This document shows positions 58,306 through 64,000 of a stretch of DNA of 64,000 bases, piece by piece (position 1 is the first letter of the stretch; every line of letters starts with the position of its first letter). A model generated the notes under the pieces. It saw only the letters and a list, made by a program, of their open reading frames with translations. It ran no database searches and was not told the origin of the DNA. The position numbers and the translations under genes are program-made. The DNA is from a virus (Duplodnaviria > Caudoviricetes). The stretch is from positions 509-64,508 of IMG/VR virus record IMGVR_UViG_3300030117_003223, one strand, 5' to 3'.

Positions 58306-58313
58306 TATTTATA
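58306..58313 (-). promoter_or_regulatory. T4-type late promoter for gp25
   Basis: TATAAATA. Confidence 0.72.
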
Positions 58314-58314
58314 C

Positions 58315-58587
58315 TCACTCACTCGCAGTTTGTTTCATAATAAATTTCTTTGGTGAACCCCAAACCTCTTTTGCGTTCACCTTGATAAATTTTTTGTTTG
58401 TTTCTTTTTTGTTTGGATTTGGAATCGTGACTATGACGTTTTTTCCTGCTCTCCACGCTTTCATTTTGTTAGACATTATCGTGAGAGGGGTAACTGCATC
58501 TCTCATCTGTTTACGAGTAGACTTAGCAACATTTCTACGTTCACCTTTAGATTCCTGATGTGCTCTACTCTTTTTTCTTTTAGCCAT
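58315..58587 (-). CDS. Basic hypothetical protein
   Basis: Lys/Arg-rich; KAWRAGKNVIVTIPNPN..ETNK.FIKV. Confidence 0.7.
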   Translation of the reverse strand: MAKRKKSRAHQESKGERRNVAKSTRKQMRDAVTPLTIMSNKMKAWRAGKNVIVTIPNPNKKETNKKFIKVNAKEVWGSPKKFIMKQTASE

Positions 58588-58816
58588 TATAAATCTCCCT
58601 CACTGCTCTATAAGACGTTTCATGTTCGTCACACAAAAGAACCTCTGATATGACCGCATCAATGTTCTCATGCCAAAAATTTAAAAACTTGTGTACTCTT
58701 GGATACTCTGGTTTAACATCTCGCGTTTGCCATACAAACTCTTGTAGTATAGTATCATGGTCTGGCATCCAATACCTGATATTTAGTGTGACTAAAGATT
58801 TTCTTTTTAAAATCAT
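58580..58816 (-). CDS. usg: Usg-like protein
   Basis: IRYWMPDH..ILQEFVWQT.D..PEYPRVHKFLNFW...I matches the Usg-family pattern as I recall it. Confidence 0.7.
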   Translation of the reverse strand: MILKRKSLVTLNIRYWMPDHDTILQEFVWQTRDVKPEYPRVHKFLNFWHENIDAVISEVLLCDEHETSYRAVREIYNG

Positions 58817-60132
58817 GTTGACGGCTCTGGGTCATAATTTGACCTGTAATCATATGAGATTATAAAAGAAAACCCTTTAAATCGTTTGTTCATCCGGTCA
58901 TCTGACCGTAATCTACCACCACCCTTTGGTTTATTCATAAAACATTTAAAGAAAGGTCTTTTCTGTCCAGCCCTTCCCAACCTTCTATATTCAATTGACT
59001 CTAGGTTGCCAGGATGGTCATCCGATATGTTATATGGCGTTTTAATTGTAAGTTCTTTTCCTTTTGTGGTTACACTAGCAGATTTGCCAAACTCACCTTT
59101 TGCACGTTCATAATCTCCTCTTCTTTCGAGGGTTTCAAAGATTATATCCTCACCATGAACACCGTATCTTTCTTTGTATCCAACTAATGGTTCACCATCA
59201 GCTCCCTTACGGGTTGTTTCAAACGTGGTAACTTGAGTAGGATCTAAATTTAATTGTGTCACTACTATAGTTCCGTTCACAGGTATATTATTAAGGTCTA
59301 CTGTGAAGTACGTAAACCCCTGATTGTCTGTGGTAACCTCACCATCATCAGCTTTAACTTTTAGAGTTTCTGTTTCCGTCCTATGCACAAATCCATCTGA
59401 CTTTGACTTTGGAGCAACGTTCTTTTTCTCCTCCACCTTCTCTACTTTTTTAGTAACTACCTTTGTCGTTCCAGCATCCGTTTGTATTTGCTTAACTTGT
59501 TTCTCCTCAACGACTGTATACACACCGTCATCCTCTAAAAATTCATCTCCACCAGTTTTTAAAGGAGCTTGTGTTGCGGCAACATCATTTGTTATCGTTG
59601 TCACTTGTTCTGTAACCTCTGTGTTCTGAACTACTGTAGATGCTACCTCAGTGAGAGCAGCGACAGTGGGTTGTAACACCTCTTCTGCTTTCCGCACTGC
59701 ATCCTCAGTTGACCCCGCAACCTTTTCAAAGTTTGGAACAGCAGAACATAGGTTTCCACCAGAGGAAGCAAGTGATGTTGCCTCAGAGACGAGTGAATCC
59801 AAACTAAATCCCGAAGCTGTCAAAGATGAACCAAACTCTGATGCTATGTTTGCCAATGTGGTAGCGTACTCAGGAGCGGTTATGGGTATTGAAGTTAGGT
59901 TTTTAATCTCCGCTTGAAGATTTAATTTTGGTAATTGTGGAATCTCAACAGATTTTAACTTATCTGACAACGCATTCAATTCACCCTCAAGAGAACCAAA
60001 TGCAGAAGCAGCAGCGGACGCTGCCTCTTCTAACTTTGCTTCAATTTCATCAGCAGCCTGTTCTAGTTTTGTAAACAAGTCATTCATCTCAGGACTTGCA
60101 CCGCATAGATTAGGATTTGAAAAGTCTACCAT
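58813..60132 (-). CDS. Hypothetical protein in baseplate-hub cluster
   Basis: Start corrected to MVDFSNPNLCG; helical Ala/Glu-rich N-half. Confidence 0.65.
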   Translation of the reverse strand: MVDFSNPNLCGASPEMNDLFTKLEQAADEIEAKLEEAASAAASAFGSLEGELNALSDKLKSVEIPQLPKLNLQAEIKNLTSIPITAPEYATTLANIASEFGSSLTASGFSLDSLVSEATSLASSGGNLCSAVPNFEKVAGSTEDAVRKAEEVLQPTVAALTEVASTVVQNTEVTEQVTTITNDVAATQAPLKTGGDEFLEDDGVYTVVEEKQVKQIQTDAGTTKVVTKKVEKVEEKKNVAPKSKSDGFVHRTETETLKVKADDGEVTTDNQGFTYFTVDLNNIPVNGTIVVTQLNLDPTQVTTFETTRKGADGEPLVGYKERYGVHGEDIIFETLERRGDYERAKGEFGKSASVTTKGKELTIKTPYNISDDHPGNLESIEYRRLGRAGQKRPFFKCFMNKPKGGGRLRSDDRMNKRFKGFSFIISYDYRSNYDPEPST

Positions 60133-60134
60133 GT

Positions 60135-60428
60135 TTAGTCTCCCACAAACACATCGGGTGAACCAGAGGAAGTCACGGGCGCACAATGAATGGAAGGAAC
60201 TGGACATAGTGAATCTGCGGATGCACCATCTGGAGAGTTATTAACAACTGCCAATGAGTTTATGAACACGTTATTACTACCCGCACTTAGGTTTCCGTTA
60301 CCATGACTGTTAGGGTCACCATTAACAGAGACAAGTTGGTCGTTTGCAAACACTGTAGACTGACCACTAACAACTGTAGTGGCACCGCATACTCGCCCGT
60401 CTCCGTGTCTATGTATTGCAATCGTCAT
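60135..60428 (-). CDS. PAAR-domain spike tip protein (gp5.4-like)
   Basis: HRHGD..CGA, GSNNVFIN, H...SSGSPDVFVG; directly after gp5. Confidence 0.88.
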   Translation of the reverse strand: MTIAIHRHGDGRVCGATTVVSGQSTVFANDQLVSVNGDPNSHGNGNLSAGSNNVFINSLAVVNNSPDGASADSLCPVPSIHCAPVTSSGSPDVFVGD

Positions 60429-60437
60429 TTTATGTCC

Positions 60438-61907
60438 TTAACTTGGGTTGAAGTCAATCCTTTCACCAATAATCCGCACATTACCTGTAGATGTATGGTT
60501 CCAAGTCTGTCCTGTGGTTGAAGTCCATGCCGTGCCAACGGTTTGCGTCAATGTTGTCTCTGGATTGATAGTCATCGCAGTTGCAGACTTCATGTTTAGT
60601 TTATCTCCAGACTTAATTGACACAATACCAGAGATAGTTGACGCTGAAAAGTTAGTGCTCACGTCAAGTAGATAGTCTTTTGCCGTTTTGATGTGTATCC
60701 CCCTTGGTTTTGGATTAGAGTCCATCTTATTTCCATGAACATCCAACTTGTATTGTCCCATAATAACATCTACGCTAGACTTTTCAGTGGTGACAACTCT
60801 ATCACCGCCTACTCGACCATTTATGTCATTGTTTATGTTAAATGCATGGTTGCCAATAATCTCTTCTTCACGGTTGCCACCTATCTCTTTACCGTCTGCA
60901 TCTTGTTTGCAACCAACCTTGATGCGTTCATTGCCATGTATCTTACGAAAGTAGTCCCCCTCTATCTCTTGTATGTAATCTCCCTTGATAAGTTCGCGCA
61001 CTGAACCCTCAATCGTGATATTCTGCGAACCCTTGATGACACAGTTGCCGTTTCCGATTACAATCTCGTAATTGTCACCGATAATCTTTGTAACCATGTC
61101 CCCGTTAGCATGAATCTCCTCAAACGTACCAGTACGATGTTGTCGATATAGTCTTTCCGCGCCTGGACTGTCATCAATCTCTGTAATATGTCCTGACTCT
61201 GATTCAGTTACATGATTGTATGGGTATGAAGCGGAAATATACGGGTCTGCATCAATCTGAATACCCTTTGGGTGTGGTTCTTCCCAGAAACCTCTTTCCT
61301 CTATGACTGCTGAGTCAGAAACACTCTCAAGGTTTGGTTTGGTTGCAGTGGGTATGCCTGTTCCAGAACTAGCAGGGTCACCGCTGAGTCTTCTTGCTCT
61401 ACGGTCTGACAGAGACTTGTGGTCTTCTGATGCTTTTCCTCTTCCTAAACGACTTGTGTCTGGTTCTCTCACGCTATGATTACTGTGTTCTATGTCGCCA
61501 GGGTATGGTCCATAGATAGGCATCATGAGATAGTCTAATTGTGCAGCCTCTGGTCCTCTAGGGTCACTGAATCCTGATGATGGGTCAGATTCTTCACTTG
61601 GGCGGCCAGGAAGTGTGCCCATAATCAGAGGTTGTTGAAACTCTGGGTCTCGCCAGAACCCAACCACCCATGAGCCAGGTGTTAACCAAGAGGGAGTAGT
61701 GCCTAATCCCTGCATGGATGGGTCTGTAACAGGGTGCATGACATGTGCCCACGGCAAATCAGCCGTGGGGAGTGCAACAACATCCTCAGTATGATAACCA
61801 AGGCATCGAACTCTCACACGGCCGATTTGTTCTGGATCATTTCGGTCCTCGACAACGCCGACGAACCATTCAAATCCATCGCGTCCCATAAAAAAAGATT
61901 TTTCCAT
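60438..61907 (-). CDS. gp5: Baseplate hub / spike protein (no lysozyme domain evident)
   Basis: WFVGVVEDRNDP..GRVRVR..GYH, LPWA, YPYNHV.ESESGH..EIDDSPG.ER, beta-helix repeats. Confidence 0.92.
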   Translation of the reverse strand: MEKSFFMGRDGFEWFVGVVEDRNDPEQIGRVRVRCLGYHTEDVVALPTADLPWAHVMHPVTDPSMQGLGTTPSWLTPGSWVVGFWRDPEFQQPLIMGTLPGRPSEESDPSSGFSDPRGPEAAQLDYLMMPIYGPYPGDIEHSNHSVREPDTSRLGRGKASEDHKSLSDRRARRLSGDPASSGTGIPTATKPNLESVSDSAVIEERGFWEEPHPKGIQIDADPYISASYPYNHVTESESGHITEIDDSPGAERLYRQHRTGTFEEIHANGDMVTKIIGDNYEIVIGNGNCVIKGSQNITIEGSVRELIKGDYIQEIEGDYFRKIHGNERIKVGCKQDADGKEIGGNREEEIIGNHAFNINNDINGRVGGDRVVTTEKSSVDVIMGQYKLDVHGNKMDSNPKPRGIHIKTAKDYLLDVSTNFSASTISGIVSIKSGDKLNMKSATAMTINPETTLTQTVGTAWTSTTGQTWNHTSTGNVRIIGERIDFNPS

Positions 61908-61912
61908 GAGAC

Positions 61913-61920
61913 TATTTATA
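61913..61920 (-). promoter_or_regulatory. T4-type late promoter for gp5
   Basis: TATAAATA 5 nt before the ATG. Confidence 0.75.
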
Positions 61921-61924
61921 AAGT

Positions 61925-62098
61925 TTAATGTAAGTCTGGGTCACGCCCGAGGCGTTTCTCTTCGGAACTCCAGTTGTACTTCTGTACTTCAAGTTTTTTC
62001 GATGGGTTCATCTGTTGCATTTGAAGCAACACTTCCGCTGCTTCATCTTTGCTCAGATGTTCCACCTCTGTAGAAACTATTTTGTACTTCGTAGACAA
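61925..62098 (-). CDS. Small hypothetical protein (57 aa)
   Basis: Manual translation from TTG: MSTKYKIVSTEVEHLSK...RLGRDPDLH; GGGAG upstream. Confidence 0.55.
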   Translation of the reverse strand: MSTKYKIVSTEVEHLSKDEAAEVLLQMQQMNPSKKLEVQKYNWSSEEKRLGRDPDLH

Positions 62099-62100
62099 CG

Positions 62101-62643
62101 TTATCTACTCCCTATGACCAGATGCGTCCTGTTCTCACCACAATTAATAAACGAGTGGTATTGTGTTGTGTCCACCTCGTAAATGTATCCGTCAACGGGT
62201 ATATGCACTAATGGATTGTGTAGACCCGCATTCGGAAACAAAAAGAACGCATGTGGATTCGTAATCAGAGCCAAATGGTATCGCTTCGTTCTGTCTTTAT
62301 GAATAGAATATGTAGTGTGTTTACTCACCACCATTACGCGAGTACGCACACCACTCAAGTCATTTATAATGTTCTCAAACAATGTTCCCTCATAACAGGG
62401 AACCAGAGTATCATAGCTTGACTCTTCCTTACTGGTTTGTTTGAAAGACCCTGCACCGTCGATAAAACAAGTGCCGTTCACTAAGTGTCCGTGTCCAGCA
62501 CGGTCTCGATCACTGTCATATTGTAGACAGGTCTGTAGACCGTTGTACCATCGAACTTTGGTTTCAAGTCTCTCCCACTCCAAAAGCAGACGATCTACGT
62601 CATAAACGTATTCCGTCCGCCTCACATACGGATGTATCATCAT
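62101..62643 (-). CDS. Asp/Asn beta-hydroxylase-like oxygenase
   Basis: RTRVM, YSIHKD, RYHLALITNP, VDTTQYHSFINCG..RTHLV. Confidence 0.78.
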   Translation of the reverse strand: MMIHPYVRRTEYVYDVDRLLLEWERLETKVRWYNGLQTCLQYDSDRDRAGHGHLVNGTCFIDGAGSFKQTSKEESSYDTLVPCYEGTLFENIINDLSGVRTRVMVVSKHTTYSIHKDRTKRYHLALITNPHAFFLFPNAGLHNPLVHIPVDGYIYEVDTTQYHSFINCGENRTHLVIGSR

Positions 62644-62655
62644 CGTAGAAGGTAT

Positions 62656-62910
62656 TTAGTCAGAAAGAATCTCTGAAGGAAGAATAAAGTCCAACGCACC
62701 ACCCTTACCTTCAACTTCAAGGTAAATCGAGTCCAAAGACTTCTCCTTCACAGGAACATACTTCTTCAACTTCTTCGACATATAAAGAAATACACCATTT
62801 TCCAACTTCACATCCTCATACGAGTCCTTATCCGACCCAACCGCCGAGATTTTCGCGATTTTCGATTCGCCGTAATCGCCCGTATAAGATACTACGTCAC
62901 CGATATTCAT
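62656..62910 (-). CDS. Hypothetical protein
   Basis: 84 aa, AGGAG RBS. Confidence 0.65.
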   Translation of the reverse strand: MNIGDVVSYTGDYGESKIAKISAVGSDKDSYEDVKLENGVFLYMSKKLKKYVPVKEKSLDSIYLEVEGKGGALDFILPSEILSD

Positions 62911-62920
62911 TTTCTTTCTC

Positions 62921-63076
62921 CTATAAGTATATCAGTCCACAAAACAGTCCAAACCAGACTGCACTTCCAAGTGCTATCAGCAGAACACCCGCAAATAGCA
63001 ACTTAAAACTCCGTATCGGGTGGCGTATCAGATAATACACCAGAAATCCTAGTATTAATAAAAGAACAATACCCAT
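62921..63076 (-). CDS. Small two-helix membrane protein
   Basis: Manual translation MGIVLLLILGFLVYYLIRHPIRSFKLLFAGVLLIALGSAVWFGLFCGLIYL; TAATG overlap. Confidence 0.6.
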   Translation of the reverse strand: MGIVLLLILGFLVYYLIRHPIRSFKLLFAGVLLIALGSAVWFGLFCGLIYL

Positions 63077-63447
63077 TACACTACCAATCCTGAGTCAAAG
63101 AACCTGTGCAGCAACACTTTCTTGAGGTCTTCCGAATTAACATCGTACTCATCTGCAACACACAGATTACCAGCACGTACCTTAAACCTCTTACGAAGTT
63201 TCGTCCTATGACGATCCTCGAAACAATAGACTTTATCCGCCCATTCTACGAGTTCCTCCGTGACCGGATTTTCGCACGTTGGTGAAAGACCCGCTGACTT
63301 CGCTTCATATTCCTCAGTATACGTTCCTGCTTCATCAAACGCAACCCATCTGGGGTCACCTCGTTTGACCTTCTTGCCATTCAACATATTCGCAGCAGTA
63401 ACGCTACGATGCTTGTTATTCGTACACACGAACAGTAGATTTGTCAT
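63076..63447 (-). CDS. Low-molecular-weight protein phosphatase-like protein
   Basis: NLLFVCTNNKHRSVTA (CX5R), SAG, VEWADKV..FE. Confidence 0.82.
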   Translation of the reverse strand: MTNLLFVCTNNKHRSVTAANMLNGKKVKRGDPRWVAFDEAGTYTEEYEAKSAGLSPTCENPVTEELVEWADKVYCFEDRHRTKLRKRFKVRAGNLCVADEYDVNSEDLKKVLLHRFFDSGLVV

Positions 63448-63626
63448 ACTTCAGTTTCCTTGATTTCACTCATTAACATCCAAGTATGGGAACCATTCTC
63501 CCACTTAACTTTAACTTCTGGAGTTGAGGGACCAGTGTCATACGTGCTGATTGTAACAACCTCACCAAAAGACAATGGAACCATGTCACCATAATGACCG
63601 ATAATTTTTGTTCCTAATTCAATCAT
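63444..63626 (-). CDS. Small hypothetical protein
   Basis: 60 aa, coupled to neighbours. Confidence 0.55.
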   Translation of the reverse strand: MIELGTKIIGHYGDMVPLSFGEVVTISTYDTGPSTPEVKVKWENGSHTWMLMSEIKETEV

Positions 63627-63730
63627 TATTCAGTTTCCTCAGATTCTTCAAACTCGTTCAATTCATCATCGTTAGGGTAGTAGTTGCCGTCTTCGTCAAA
63701 CATCGTTTTCTCTCTCTTGATTATATTATT

Positions 63731-63759
63731 AGTATACAGGACAAAATAAGGTTTGTCAA
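63731..63759 (-). promoter_or_regulatory. sigma70-like early promoter
   Basis: TTGACA-17 nt-TATACT with upstream T-tract. Confidence 0.8.
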
Positions 63760-63812
63760 CAAAAAAATGCAGGGAAGTTCAAATTAATTTCGCTCAGTTT
63801 TAGGGGGGGGGG

Positions 63813-64000
63813 TCATTCCTGTGCTCTCCACTCCTTACGCATAGACTGATACACAGGGTCATTCGCAACCTCATTACGCATCTGTCGAAAGATACGCGCC
63901 GATATTGCCTTCTCACTTGTCTCCCAATCCTTTTCCTGTGGTTTCACATTACCTTCTGCGTCATACTTTCTACCGTCTGCGTGATTTGCGTATCTACGTG
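63813..64000 (-). CDS. DUF4385-like protein, C-terminal part
   Basis: Manual translation RRYANHADGRKY...EKAISARIF...EWRAQE*. Confidence 0.6.
   Translation of the reverse strand, partial: RRYANHADGRKYDAEGNVKPQEKDWETSEKAISARIFRQMRNEVANDPVYQSMRKEWRAQE

Noticed and set aside
1-64000. CRISPR arrays, tRNAs, introns/inteins, stop-codon recoding, diversity-generating retroelement
   Set aside because: None seen by eye: core genes are uninterrupted at expected lengths in the standard code, there is no reverse transcriptase, and repeats are coding. Intergenic gaps are few and short, but a tRNAscan/Infernal run would be needed to exclude RNA genes fully.

Overview
A 64-kb segment of a T4-like (marine myovirus-type) phage genome, almost all on the minus strand. 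In transcription order (right to left) it holds: a few small early-type genes; baseplate genes (gp5, PAAR, gp25, gp6, gp7, gp9/10-like, gp8); large fibre/structural proteins; neck and packaging genes (gp13-gp17); tail (gp18, gp19); head (gp20-gp23); gp3; uvsY/uvsW; late sigma factor gp55; and the start of gp47. T4-type late promoters (TATAAATA) precede many genes. Accessory islands rich in tailoring enzymes break the core synteny, the largest being about 13 kb between the fibre genes and gp13. The enzymes include radical SAM/SPASM (two split pairs), six 2OG-Fe(II) oxygenases, three sulfotransferase-like, two GT-A, two SGNH, methyltransferase, GNAT, a truncated kinase and two Asn-synthetase-like PP-loop proteins. 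The strongest leads are (1) an acidic 'DAGDN' peptide motif shared by several unrelated virion proteins and one island protein, (2) that enzyme island, (3) a candidate structured late ncRNA upstream of uvsY, (4) RBS-occluding hairpins overlapping late promoters, and (5) a consensus sigma70 promoter pointing antisense, back-to-back with the gp55 promoter. All family calls come from motif recognition and synteny; no database search was run.
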